From the NCBI RefSeq assembly GCF_001194135.2, contig NC_069001.1, forward strand, positions 3,948,191 through 4,012,190: a DNA stretch of 64,000 nucleotides, written 5' to 3'. Source of the stretch: Octopus bimaculoides. Taxonomy: Eukaryota. Shown piece after piece: positions 11,578 through 24,625 of this stretch. Made by a program: the position numbers and the translations under genes. Each line of letters starts with the position of its first letter. The first letter of the stretch is position 1. The notes beneath the pieces were generated by a model. That model saw nothing but the letters and a program-made list of their open reading frames with translations, made no database searches and was not told where the DNA came from.

Positions 11578-12699
11578 TTAAAATCTATGGATACTGCTTC
11601 TCCAGTCAGAACTACATCTGTAGCAAAATCACAGTTATTCATTTCAAAAGAAACCAAACCAAACCAAACAAGACTAAACAAAGCAAAACCTCTTACAGCG
11701 AGGCTGAATCTAACTTCATAAAGACAAGATTTACAATTAAAACTGAACAACACATTGTTTGGAAAATGTCTTTGAAGATATATTTTAATAGCACATAAAT
11801 TTACAAACGACTTGGATGTCTTGCGAGTATATATATATAGATATGGATTTCTCTTGGTAGGTTTTTTTGAAAACGCAGTGTGTCTGCTAAGTACAACCAG
11901 TAATGATTCAGTGTCTGGCTTTCAATAAACAAGGACAACGACATTGTTATGTGTGTCTTTATCATGAGAACGTCTACATGTGTTGCAAAGCACTTCACTT
12001 TAAAATCAAGAGTAAAGGAAACTGATTCGAAGTTTTTCAAGTCCATCTTAAGATGTCATCAGCATTTTTTCCTCTTGTTTCTTTATTATTATTATTTACT
12101 TTTGTTTATTTTTTTATTATATCCCACAGCTTAGAATGGAAAAAAACAGCTGTTGGATGATATGAATAATAATATAGTGAATGACTTTCTTATGCTAAAC
12201 AGGTAAATGTGTGTGTGAGAGAGAGAGAGACAGACTGAGAGAGAGACAGACAAACAGACTGAGAGAGAGACAGACAGACAGACTGAGAGAGACAGATAGG
12301 CAGACTGAGAGAGGGGGGAAGGAGGGAGGGAGGAAGTAAAAGTAAATGTGAGATGTGTGTGTGAGCTGAAACATCAATTTATCACAAAAGTCTATCACAT
12401 CTTTTTATCTTTCATCTTTTACTTGTGTCAGTCATTGGACTGCAGCCATGCTTGGGACACCACCTTGAATGGGTTTTTTTGCAGTTGAACAAATCAAACT
12501 CAGCACTTGAGGGAAAACACAAACATGAAGTCACACGTACCCAAAATACACACACACACAAATAACAAATAGAGAAAGACAAAATATGCAGAACTATGAA
12601 AAAAAAAAACAGATTAAAATTTCTTGTATGAATTATAAACAAAGAAAGGCATTCACAAAAGGATGGGAACTGCTACTTACACAGCCCCCACCATCACCT

Positions 12700-13030
12700 G
12701 GCTCAACCACAATCTGTTTCCCTAAACAGTTTCCCTTCTCTCGACCTCAAAATCACGAGGCAGAATTCAAGTATCCATTCTCACACACACAAATTTTCCC
12801 ACTTTGACCCATCTTTTGTCAATTTTTTCTTGAGAGTAACAATTCCCACTTCATCCAATGAAACTTGAAGACTTTGACAAGCCTTGCTCCGAGAGATGAA
12901 GTTCTATCCTCAGTTCTTTCAAATGTGCTCACCATAAATTCTCTTTCTAAGACACCAGGCAGAGAAATACTTAATGCCCTCTTTGTGAAAGGGGACTACT
13001 TGGGGGACCTCTAACCCCCTTTTGATACCA
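12700..13030 (-). pseudogene. Degenerate non-LTR retrotransposon ORF2 C-terminus (L1/Tx1-like)
   Basis: Minus strand gives ..GARLVKVFKFHWMKWELLLSRK / frameshift / KRWVKVGKFV.., resembling the FF..HL..K..KRW..V C-terminal motif of L1/Tx1-type ORF2. Recognised from memory; needs tblastx or Dfam confirmation. Confidence 0.4.
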
Positions 13031-13769
13031 CCTCTAGTCCTATGACAGAAAGTTCCCATTTGAAAGTATCATCATCATCACCAAATTCACTCAAAAGGCA
13101 TTTATTACAGCTCAGGGCCATAGTAGAAGGCACTTGCCTAAAGTGTCACAAACCAGTGTTGGTTTGTTTATGTTCCCAGAACATAGCAGTCTGACAGAGA
13201 GGATTGATAGAATAAGTGCTAGGCTTTAAAAAAAAGTAAACACAAGGGACGATTTGTTCAACAAAACCCTTCAAGGTAATGCTACAGCATGGCCACAATC
13301 CAATGACTAAAATAAGTAGAAGGTATAAAACAGGATATACTAAAAGTCCAGTTGGGATGGTCTTGGCTGGAGAACCTTTGACCATAGATCAGTCCATTCA
13401 AGGTTGGCCTCGGGTGTCAACAACAACAATCAGATGCGGTCAAGTGTAATTATTTGTATTTATGAAAAAATAACAGACAAGGAATACGCATAAATATAGA
13501 AAAGTCGTATAATTAACGATTGCTAATGAAGGTACAAGGCCACAGTTGTTCGTTGGTTTAATTAATGAAACTGGTTTGGAAGGATTGTGAGAATGAGACT
13601 GATGTATTCAATTGGTGTGTCAGTTTTTACCACACTGAACTAAAATGATTGGAGCTTTCTGTGTTACCTGTAATATTAACTGGACAGACAACGAGGGAGC
13701 ATCTACAAGGTCATTCAACCTGCCAGCAATAGCAGCCAAATGTCTCCAAATTGACTCCAGGACTTATTC

Positions 13770-14000
13770 ATTGTAAGCCTATTACTTATTCTATTGGTCT
13801 TTTCTGCCAAACCGCTAAGTTATAGAGATGTACACACACCAACATCAGTTGTCAAGCGATGGTGGCGGGAGGAGACACACACACACACACACACACAACA
13901 GGTTTCTTTCAGTTTCCCTCAACCAAATCCACTCACAAGGCTTTGGTAGGCCTGAGGTTGTAGTACAAGACACTCGCCCAAGGTGCCATGCAGTGGGTAT
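13770..14000 (-). mobile_element. SINE family B
   Basis: CTTATTCTATTGGTC..CCGCTAAGTT..TTGTCAAGCGATGG..CCAAATCCACTCACAAGGCTTTGGT is the reverse complement of the family-B body. Confidence 0.85.
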
Positions 14001-14189
14001 ACATAAGAACACCCCTACTACCACCACATTTCACCTCAAGGTTAATTTGAAACAAATTAAAATGGAAATAATTTTTCAATTAATTCTTAATTAGATTCTG
14101 TATTAATTACACGAATTAACTATCACCCTACTAGGGTTCGTTTCTCTTACATATTAAAAAGCTAAACTCAAAATAAACAGCAGCAGCAG

Positions 14190-14380
14190 TTCTTGTTTAG
14201 CCCCAGGTAGGCCTTGATCGAGCAGAGCTGTGTCCAAAGAAATCCGACCCATGACTATCCTATATTTTTATAAACAGAGTACGTAGGACTCCATTTTCAA
14301 GATAGTAGGGTATGATCTGAAGGAGGTTTCGTTTCTGTTTCTAGCAAGCTGAATTACCTTACAGCAGTTCCTTCACTGAC
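14190..14380 (+). mobile_element. Dispersed repeat family E
   Basis: TTGTTTAGCCCCAGGT..GATCGAGCAGA..TTTCTAGCAAG. Related copies on the minus strand at about 13330-13430, 13690-13770, 15470-15720, 50715-50890, 58865-59045 and 59630-59825. Confidence 0.65.
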
Positions 14381-14393
14381 TCATCTTAATAGT

Positions 14394-14511
14394 ATGAATA
14401 GTGGTGGTGGTGATGGTGGTGGTTGTAGTAGAAGCAGCAGTAATAGTGTTGCTGTTGTTAGTAGTGGTAGCAGTAAAAGTGTTGGTGTTGTTGGTGGTGG
14501 TGGTAGTAGTG

Positions 14512-14544
<33 letters not shown>

Positions 14545-14790
14545 TTGGTGGTAGTAGTGTTGGTAGTAGTAGTGTTGTTGTTGGTGGTGGTGGTGGTGGT
14601 TGTAGTAGAAGCAACATTAATAGTGTTTTTGTTAGTATTGGTAGTAGTAGTAGAAGTGTTGGTGGTAGTAGAAGTGGTGGTGGTACTAGTAGTAGTAGTA
14701 GAAGTGGTGGTGGTAGTAGTAGTGTCGGTAGTAGTAGTAGTGTTGTGGTGGTGGTTGTAGTAGCAGCAGCAGTAATAGTGTTGTTGTAGT
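14394..14790. repeat. Compound (GTA/GTG/GTT)n trinucleotide tract
   Basis: Direct reading. Similar compound tracts at 16385-16810, 18720-18910, 22165-22715, 27290-27575, 36830-36990 and 60830-61005. Confidence 0.95.
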
Positions 14791-15189
14791 TAGTAGTAAA
14801 GCCATGACCTACATTTTTTCCACCTGACCATAAATGATTTCTACAGCAGTTCAAGTTGGACATAATCAGACACACTGACCGCCATAATCTGACCATTTTG
14901 AAAAGGGGGTGGGGTTTGGTGTAAAGGTGAATGAGCCCTGCTTCTCCCCCTCCCCTCAAAACATAAATAAATGAGTAATGAAAAAGGAAAGAGCAATTTT
15001 GAATTTTAATTACCATGATAAAAACTTACCGTTTTTATTTTTAATTTGAAGTCGTTAATATATGTGCATAATAAAACCCTTTAGACTAATTAGGGCAACT
15101 TCACTGTGAAACGAAGCCAAGAGTTCTTTGTTTATACAAATGACCTCCACCTTTGCTCAGATAGAAGTCTTTATGTGTGTAGGTGTGCC

Positions 15190-15226
<37 letters not shown>

Positions 15227-16765
15227 GAGAGAGAGANNNNNNNNNNGAGAGAGAGAGAGGGAGAGAGAGAGAGAGATGGAGAGGATGAGAGAGAGAGAGA
15301 AAGAGAGAGAGAGAAAGAGAGAGATACATATGAAGAAACAGAAAGAGAGAGGCAGACATAGAGACACACAGAGACATACAGAGAGAGAGAGAGATGATAG
15401 GCAGACAGATACAGAGAGACAGACATACAAAGAGAGAGAGAGAGAGAATGAGAGAGGAGACAGATAGACAGACAGAAAGATGGGATAGTTCCTGGCTTGA
15501 AAGGTTTCCATCACAATGTCTGCTCTCAATTGGAGTCGACCTGCAGAGGGTGCAGGACTTCACAACAAAGGTTACCCATAAAATGTTATCATTTAATCCT
15601 GAACCAATGAAAGGGAGTCTGTACGCCTTTACAGGGTCACTTGCTCCGTTAGAAATAGCAAACAAATCTCTCTCATATTACATGCTATTGTCTTGAAAAT
15701 GGGAGGAAGGATACATTAGATGAGGTAGTCAGAAGATAATTCTTTCTGATTTTGATACAAGGGCAGCAATTTTGAGGGGAGGGGGAAAACCAATTACATC
15801 AACCCCAGCATTCAACTGGTACCTGTTTTATCAACCCTGACAGGATGAAAGGCAAAGTCAACCTCGGCTGAATTTGATCTCAGACCACAAGGGATCAGAA
15901 GAAACGCTGCTAAATATTTTGCCTGACTTTGTTTGACGCACCGAAAGATTCTTTCCAGCTTGCTGCCTTTAGTTTGTGGATAACAGGAAAACGGAAAGTC
16001 TTGGCCTGAATGCTGCAGATCATAGGAACCACTGCCCGATAGGAGGGTGCGCTGACCCGGTGTTTAACAACAACAATGATAACCNNNNNNNNNNNNNNNN
16101 NNNNNNNNNNNNNNNNNNNNNNNNNNNNNNNNNNNNNNNNNNNNNNNNNNNNNNNNNNNNNNNNNNNNNNNNNNNNNNNNNNNNNNNNNNNNNNNCCACC
16201 ACCACCACCACCACCACCACCACCATCATACATGCTACGGTAATAACACCATCAGCTGTAACTCAATCTAGAGATACTTATCTAATGAGGTAACGAACTA
16301 ATCATTACTTAATGAAATGCAAATAATTTGTTTTTGTTTATCTTCGTCTTCCTTCCTTCTCTTTTCTTCATCTTATTCTTAGAAGAAGAAGAAAAAAATA
16401 ACTAAAAGAAATCAATTTTATTACTATCATTATCCATACTACTACTATTACTACCACCACCACTGTTGTTGTTATTGTTACAACTACTACTACTACCACC
16501 ACCATCACCGTCATCCTTGTTATTGTTACTACTACTACTACTACTACTACTATTACTACCACCACCATCACCATTATCCTTGTTGTTGTTACTGTTACAA
16601 CTACTACTACTACTACCACCATCACCACCACCATTATCCTTGTTATTTTTACTACTACTACTACCACCACCACCACCATTATCTTTGTTGTTATTGCTGC
16701 TGCTACTACTACTACTACTACTACTACTGCAGCCATTATCATCATCATCCTTATCATTATTATTA

Positions 16766-16806
<41 letters not shown>

Positions 16807-17429
16807 GCAACAGCTGTTTGTTTGAATGGCCAAGCAAAGAGGATGTATCAGCAAGCTATAATAAAGTCTGACTATTTTGTTGTGTTGTAATTATTATTGT
16901 TGTTGTTGTTATAGCAGGAAGAGGGTTTTCTGTTTTCTTTTATCAGTAGTTTATTAGTAAATACACAGTTAGCAAGTGCTGACTGGTAAATAAAGAGCCA
17001 GGATTGACAGAGAGAGAGAAGATAAAGATAGCCCATAACGAGAGGCATTTAATTTCGCAAACGAGAGCCTCAGTGATTCTATTGTATGATAGCGTAGCAA
17101 ACTTTGCTGGTGTATCATCACACCGCACTATGTATTACACCTACACCATACTACTCAACACTGCTATACAATACCACTCTACAGTCGCTGCAGTGCACCA
17201 CAGCATACCCCACACCAAACTACACTGCAGCACACCACAATGTACTACATCACTACTACAAGCACACCACAGATACGGCAAACACCAGCCTGTACTATGC
17301 TACACGACACTAAGCCAGACCATGGTCCACCCCGTAACGTGTGTCACCATTATCATCATCATCATCGTTGTCCTCATCAGCGTTGGCGTCGTCATCATCA
17401 TTGCCATCATCGTCATCGTCATCATCATC

Positions 17430-17720
17430 ACTTAATGTTTGTACTCCATGCTGGTATGGGTTGGACGGTTTGACAGGAACTGGCCAATTAGGGATCAGCA
17501 ACCAGGTTCCAGTTATCTGCTTTTGCAGGGTCGCTATGGTTGGATGCCCTTCCTAATTCAGGATACTTCACAGAGTGTACTGCACGCTTCTTTATGTGAC
17601 ACTGGTATGGGGGGGCCTTTCGTGTGGCACCAACATGGGTCCTTTTACGTGGCACTGGCACAAGTCCTTTGACGTGGCACTGGCACAAGTCCTTTTTACG
17701 TGACATCAGTACCAGTAAGC
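17430..17720 (-). mobile_element. SINE family A
   Basis: CCATGCTGGTATGGGTTGGAC..GGATGCCCTTCCTAAT..TTTTACGTGGCACTGGCAC, with the (CAT)n tail on its left. Confidence 0.8.
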
Positions 17721-17924
17721 TATCAGGGGAAGGACCTCATGGTTGAGAAAGGGACACAAAGGATATTCCTGTATGTATGCCTGTATATGGATGCAATTAT
17801 GTATGTATGCACACACACCTGTTTGCAGGTACAAGCTTGTATGTGTCTGTGTATGTGTGTATGTCTGTGTGTCTATGCCATACATTGATAGAAAAACATC
17901 AAAGAAAGACGAAACACCATCCAG

Positions 17925-17984
17925 AGGTTAAAGGTCAGTGAAGTACTATCCCATCCATAGCAGGAGGTCAAAAGTTAGAGGTCA
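17925..17984 (+). promoter_or_regulatory. Candidate nuclear-receptor response element cluster (DR1-type)
   Basis: AGGTTA-A-AGGTCA (17925-17937) and AGGTCA-A-AAGTTA-G-AGGTCA (17965-17984) in non-repeat sequence. Function untested. Confidence 0.35.
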
Positions 17985-18339
17985 ATACATTAGCAATTCT
18001 AATTAAACAAAAAATTAATTTAAAAAAAAAAAAAAAAAAAAAAACTGCTGAAAAAATTTTATTTTTCACACAAATGTGAACAAAGTTTATTTTCCCAATA
18101 CAAAGTTCATATTATTTATTGTTCTTTTTTAGTAACTATGTAAAAAGCAATGGGGTGCTCCAGCATGGCTACAGCAGAATAACTGAAATTACTGAAAGAC
18201 TAAAAAAAATGTTCTCTTCAAGCACCTTATTGTTAGACACAGAATAACACCAACCACTACTGCTGCTGCTACCGCTGCTGCTACTACCACTAGTGTGATA
18301 TTTTTGTTGTCATAACCACCTTTATTATCATTATACTGA

Positions 18340-18617
18340 AGTAGCTTGCTAACCAACCACATGGTTCCAGGTTCAGTCCCACTGCATGGCACCTTGGGCA
18401 AGTGTCTTCCACTATTATGGTCTCAGGTCAACCAAAGCTTTGTGAATGGATTTGGTAGACAGAAACTGAAAGAAGCCTGTTGTATATATATATATATATA
18501 TATTTATATATACATTTGTTATTTGTGTCTGTTTGTCCCCCCACCATCGCTTGACAACCGATGTTGGTGTGTTTATGTCCCCGTCACTTAGCAGTCTGGC
18601 AAAAGAGTCCGATAGAA
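18340..18617 (+). mobile_element. SINE family B, 3'-truncated
   Basis: TAGCTTGCTAACCAACCACATGGTTCCAGGTTCAGTCCCACTGC..CGCTTGACAACCGATG..CCGATAGAA. Confidence 0.85.
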
Positions 18618-20786
18618 ACTATCTTTAATATTAGTCCTTCATCCATCAAATTCTATATCAACCTCCCTCCCCTAGCAATCACACCCCAAAGTTCTCAGTC
18701 CATTTTGGGGATTATGAATGTGATAATGGTAGTGGTGATGGTGGTGGTGGTGGTGGTGATGATGGTAGTGGTGGTGGTGAGATGGTGGTGGTGATGCTGA
18801 TGGTGATGGTGATGGTGGTGATGGTGGTGGTGGTGATGGTGATGGTGGTGATATGGTAGCGATGGGGTAGTGGCAGTAAAAATGGTGGTGGTGGTGGTGG
18901 TGGTGGCAAGTCTAATAGTGAGATTAGCGATGGTGATGTTGGAAATGAAAAATTATGGAGTGAAATTAATAGAAATCTAACAAATCAAGTTGAAATCTAA
19001 AAAAGAAAAGATAAAAAAAAAAGAAACAAGGACACCTCCTCCACACACACACCCCCCTAATATTTCCAACGAAGGAACTTAGCATAAAGAAGGGGTTTAA
19101 GGAGTTCCTTGTTAAGCATGTGGAGTATGAGTGGAGGGGTGTAGGTCATGTGTGGGTGTGTAGCTGGGAGAAGGTGTATATATGTGTGTGTGGTATGGAG
19201 GTAAGTGAATGTGTGTTTGTGTGTGTGTGTACATGTATCTATATACACAGGTACGTGTGCGTGTGTGCGTGTACATGTATCTATATACACAGGTACGTGT
19301 ATGTGTGTGATATGGATATCAGCGAATGTGTATGTGTTTATGTGTATTTATGCATGTGATTTTGTAGCAATGGAATCCATTACCTGTCCCCGTTTATTTT
19401 AATTGCAATATATAGAAGGAAAAAAAAAAAAACGGACAAGTTCACATAAAACTCACACATGTCATGTGACTGATGATTTTTAATTATTTCAACAAATGCA
19501 CAGCATAGCATTTGTTATATATTGAGTACGAGTTCAATACATGACACTAATCAGCTCTTTCATTTACTGTGACGATCAGCTTTTACATATTCATGTGTCC
19601 AACCCATACCAACATGGAAAATGGACGTATGAGGATGATGTTGATGATGATGGTGATGATGATAACTGCACATTCGTATACATAAATGTGTGTATATATA
19701 TATGTTTATATGAACGTTGTTTATTTTAATACATAATAGTAGTACACATAGATACACACACATATATAACATATAAATACATATATAGATGCACACACAT
19801 ATATATGTATACATACACACACACACAAATATACACACATACAGATACACACAGATATAACATATATACATACATATATAGATACACACACACACACATA
19901 TATATATATACATGCATACATATACAGATACACACACATATACACACACACACCTATACACACACACATATAACATATATACACATATATAGATACACAC
20001 ACATATATATACACACATATACATGCATATACACACATAGACACATATATAACATATATACACACATGTATAGATACACACACATATATATATATACACG
20101 CATATACACACACATATATAGCATATGTATATATCTCCGTGTGCATGTATGTGTATATAAATGCTACATCTGCATGTGTGGAGGTCGTGTATACATGCAT
20201 GTATGGTTAAGTATGCATGTATTTGTGTGCATATATGGGTGTGCATGCATTGTTGTGTGCGTATGAATATATATACATGTAGAGTAATGCTATGTATGCA
20301 TGCCTCTAAGCATGTATGTATGTATGTATGCATGCACTTACGTGTGTGTGTGTGTGTTTGTGTTTATGTAACTCCACGTAGTAGTAAGGAAGCTATGTGG
20401 AGGGTCCTTAGTATTCCGGTTTCTGGCCATCATCTGGTCTTCCTGTCATTTGACAGAATCAACAAGAACCAGGCTGCCAGAGCAGCTTCACCTGCAGTAA
20501 CCATAGTGATACACCTGATAAAGACCAAAGCAGTGCACAAATCTCTCTCTCTCTCTTTCTCCTTACCACCGTCTCTCTCTCTCTAGTTTTACCGACAAAC
20601 TGTCTCTGATGGATTGAGGACTTTGGGGGTCTGGTTGATAGAGAGAGGGAGGGAGGAGGGAGGAAGGGTGATATAGAATTTGATGGATGAGGGACTAATA
20701 TTAAATTAATACCTGTCTTACCACCACCACCACCACCTACAACAACAACAACATCATCATCATCATTATTATCATTACTATTATTA

Positions 20787-21362
20787 AGGCAGTGAGAGGG
20801 TAGAATTATTACAGCATCAGACGAAACGGCAGAATTTCTCCCAGCTCTTTACGTTCTGAGTTCCAATGCCACCAAGGTTTACTCTGTCTCTCAATCCTTT
20901 CAGGGTCGTTAAAATAGGTACCAGTTGAACCCTGGGGTCGATGTAATCAACTTACCCCTTCCCCCCAAACTGCTGGCCTTGTGCCAAAATTTGAAATCAT
21001 CATCATCGTCATCGTCATCATTATTATTAAGGTAGTTCGCTGGCAGAATTGTTAGAGTGCCAGACAAAATGCTTTGTGGTATTTCTCGGCAAGAAACGGA
21101 AACAGAATTGAAAGAAGATGCTAATGAAAATAACAACAATAATAATAATAATGGTTTCAAATTTTGCCACAAGGGCAGCAATTTTGGGGGAGGGGACGAG
21201 TCAATTACATCTACCCATGTCCAACTGGTACTTATTTTGTCAACCCCCGAAAGGATGAAAGGCAAAGTCGATCTTGGAATTTGAACTCAGAATGTAGCAA
21301 CGGGCAAAATACCACTAAGCATTTTGTTCAGCATGCTGACAATTCTGCCAGCTCACTGCCTT
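20787..21362. mobile_element. Cluster of family-C SINEs (+ 20787-21000, + head 21030-21095, - 21150-21362)
   Basis: Three AAGG(C/T)AG..GCAGAATT heads, each adjoining (ATT/ATC)n; CTGAGTTC and GTACCAGTT cores. Confidence 0.8.
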
Positions 21363-21384
21363 ATAATGATGATGATGATGATAT

Positions 21385-21963
21385 CAAATGCCCTGATGCA
21401 ATACCAGCCAGTGGCTCTCATGGCTTCTGATCTTAACTGATTGGAAGTGTTATCATGTACATGTTTAGTCTTAGTATCAAACATGGGCAACAGCAAATAT
21501 TCTGCTCAATACCACAGATTTGCTTGTCAGTTGTTTGACCTTAACCATTTGAGCATGTCCCTTAGTGGTTCACGATATGTGCATCTCTGATTACAAGCCA
21601 GAGCAGTGGTGGAGGGCATCATAGCCATGCGGGGAGAGAAATTCTATAGGTTTTGAATAATTCCCTTTTAGAAATGTGGGTGTTTTGTTCATCATTCTTA
21701 AACAACCCTTATTCAGGAATCTTTTGAGCAGGATAGAATACTCGAACTGAAGAGAAACCAAATTGGGCTCCACCTGCAAGGTCATGCACTGTTTATCTTG
21801 ATATGAGACCACCATGGCATGCACATATGGTTGTGGTACATGTGCCTTGTGTACCCTTATCAGACGGGTAGTCACGAAGGGTATACTGGGCTTTGTATAT
21901 TTGTACCCAAGCATCACTTTGATGGTGTGTGCTGCTCTCTCACGCAATAATGATAATAATAAT
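21385..21963 (+). mobile_element. ~580-bp retroposon-like repeat with (AAT)n tail
   Basis: TGCCCTGATGCA..GGCTTCTGATCTTAACTGATTGGAAG..CCCCACC-like..GCTCTCTCACGCAATAATGATAAT. Single copy in this window; recognised from memory as a common octopus interspersed repeat. Confidence 0.55.
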
Positions 21964-23612
21964 TTCTCAATCAATGGTAGGATATGAGATTTACTATACT
22001 TCACCTCCATTCCAAAGAAGATATTCAGGAGAATATCCATACAAAATACAAAAGTTCATTCACCATAATCTTACTTTTATTATTGTTTTTTTGTTCTCCT
22101 CCATTTGAAATTGTAGTTTCCCTCGTCTGTTGCCCCGGTGGCAATTATAAGAAATCGTTATCACCTCATTATCAACATCACCATTATTATCATCATTACC
22201 ATCACCACCATCACAGCCACCATCATGATCATCATCATCATCCCCACCATCACCACCATCATGATCATCATCACAATCATTATCATCTTAATAATTAAAT
22301 TATATTATCATTATCATCATCATCACCACCACCATCGTCATCATAAGTAATCGTAGCAGCAGCAGCAGTAGTAGTGCCACCACCACCACCACCACCCTTT
22401 CTGTGCTGTATTCTATTGTTTTCTACTGTAATTCTTTTCTTCTACTTCCCAGCCTTGACGCCAATTAAAGATACCATCATCATCAATATCAGCACATTAC
22501 CACCATCACCACCATCATTATCAACTCGTTACTATCACAACCTTCATCATCATCATTATAACCACTATAATTAAAGTAATAGTAATCAGCATCACCATCA
22601 TCTCTACCATCATTTCCAGCATCATTATCAACATCCTAATCAACACCACCTCAACTATCACCATCATCATCATCATTCCCATCATCACCACCACCATCAT
22701 CATCATCATCATCAAAGTATTGTTTTTATGTTCTCTTCAATTGTTTTCATTTTCAGTTTATAGTGTGTGTGTGTGTGCATGCATGTATGCAGTATGTGTG
22801 TGTGCATGAAACTTTGTGTATGTGGCTGTGTGCACAATGTGCACATGTGTGTGTGTGTCTTCATGCACTCTCATCTATGTGTATTATATCTAGTGCAGGT
22901 GTACTAACAAGAATATAAATGTACACACACACACACATTATGCACCATAGCACAGTTATTCTCTCTCTCTCTCTCTCTTTCTCCCCCCCTCTGCTGTAAA
23001 ACTACCAAATAAAACTGGAATATATTCCACCGTCTTTTACTTGGTGCAGTCCACTGGCAGAACCAGTAGCGAGGCAGACAAACGGCATTGCAGCAGTAAT
23101 CAGTTCCAGCCCTGTATATACTGTTTGTGCCACCACAAAGTCCAGTCTTTGTTGCAGCGTGGTGACTTATATGCATCAATGACCCCCCACCAAGAGCTTC
23201 ACCAGTGGAGTGCAAATTCCCAGTAGGGCCTCCCATGCTGGACAGATAAAAGGATAGATGCGAAACTAATATGGACCACATCTTTCCAGGCTGGTTTCCA
23301 AAATGGGTTTGAAAAGGGCCAACACCCCTATCTAGAAAACAAGTCAAATAACAGAAGAAGCATTGTTGACAATGGAAAACTAATAGGACCAGGGAGAGGA
23401 AGGTTTTCCTTCAGAGAAGACAGCTCAGAGTCAAGAACAGTGGAGCAAAGGTGTTTATGGTCTATGCTTCCATAGGGAGTGAAGGGTTTTTTAAGTCAGT
23501 ACTGGATCAACCATTAAGCAAAGCAAACACATGCTTTGAGTATGAAGAGAAGGGGAGGGGCAGGCACCATAGAAATGGTAAATGGTTTACAGTACAAAAG
23601 AAACCACTTTAA

Positions 23613-24045
23613 CCCTTTCCTTACTGTATTTATTTTGAAATGCTCTGTGTTTCTTTCAATTACTTTTAAATATAACAATGAATTTAGTAAAATAACTTGG
23701 TTATCATTCAGCTAGTGTTAGGAACATAAATTGTGACTAAGGTTTGGTGGAAGATTTTAATTCAAAACTCATGAAAACAAGATATTTGTACTACAGAGCC
23801 AGAAGTGGTTTCAGCCAGGTTGCTATCAAAAGAGTTAAGAATTGTTTCTCTATTATATATTCTAACCTTTTTGTTATCATACTTCTGTTGAGATGCTCTG
23901 TGTTTCTTTCAATTACTTTTAAATATAACAAAGAATTTAGTAAAATAACTTAGTTATCATTAACCTAGTGTTAGGAACATAAATTGTGACTAAGGTTTGG
24001 TGGAAGATTTTAATTCAAAACTCACGAAAAAAAAGACATTTAGTA
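23613..24045. mobile_element. piggyBac-like MITE (23613-23834) plus a second, truncated tandem copy (~23865-24045)
   Basis: TTAA|CCCTTT..AAAGAG|TTAA; more than 130 bp of near-identical internal sequence is repeated (ATGCTCTGTGTTTCTTTCAATTAC..GAAGATTTTAATTCAAAACTCA). Confidence 0.75.
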
Positions 24046-24059
24046 CCAGTCATGTACCA

Positions 24060-24545
24060 GGGTTGATGGTGTCAACGAATATCTTCCCTCAAAAATTTCT
24101 GGTCTTTTGCCTATATTAGGAATCAATGTAGGGCAATAGATTAGCAGAATTGCCAGAATATGACACAGAATACCTTGTGGTATTTCTCCTGATTCTTTAC
24201 ATTCTAGTTCAAATCCTGCCAAGGTCAACTTCACCTTCTCCTCTTCTGGGATCAATTTGATAAAGTATCAGTCAGTACTGAGGTTGATAGCATCAATTAA
24301 TCCACTCCTTTTCAAAATTATAGCCTTTGCACCTTAAATTAGAAACGATTATTATTATGATTATTATTAAGGTGGTAAGATGGCACAATGATTACCATGG
24401 TGGGTAAAATACTTAGTGATATTTGCCTTTCATCCTTTTGGGGTAGATAAATTAAGTACCAGTGAAACACTGGGGTCAATGTCATCTAGTCCCCTCCCAC
24501 CAAATTTCAGGACTTGTGCCTTTAGTAGAAAGGATTATTATTATT
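24060..24545 (+). mobile_element. Two tandem family-C SINEs
   Basis: Cores AGTTCAAATCCTGCCAAGGTC.. and TTTGCCTTTCATCCTTT..GTACCAGT; second head TAAGGTGG directly after (ATT)n. Confidence 0.75.
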
Positions 24546-24574
24546 ATTATTATTATTATTATTGGTAGTAGTAA

Positions 24575-24625
<51 letters not shown>

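Noticed and set aside
14381-16854. Gly/Ser-, Val- or Leu/Pro-rich ORFs that look like low-complexity proteins
   Set aside because: Compound trinucleotide tracts open in several frames on both strands; no splice or start context and no domain.
22904-23347. 147-aa minus-strand ORF in relatively GC-rich unique DNA
   Set aside because: No recognisable family, and it runs out into (GA)n/(CA)n repeats; cannot be supported as a CDS.
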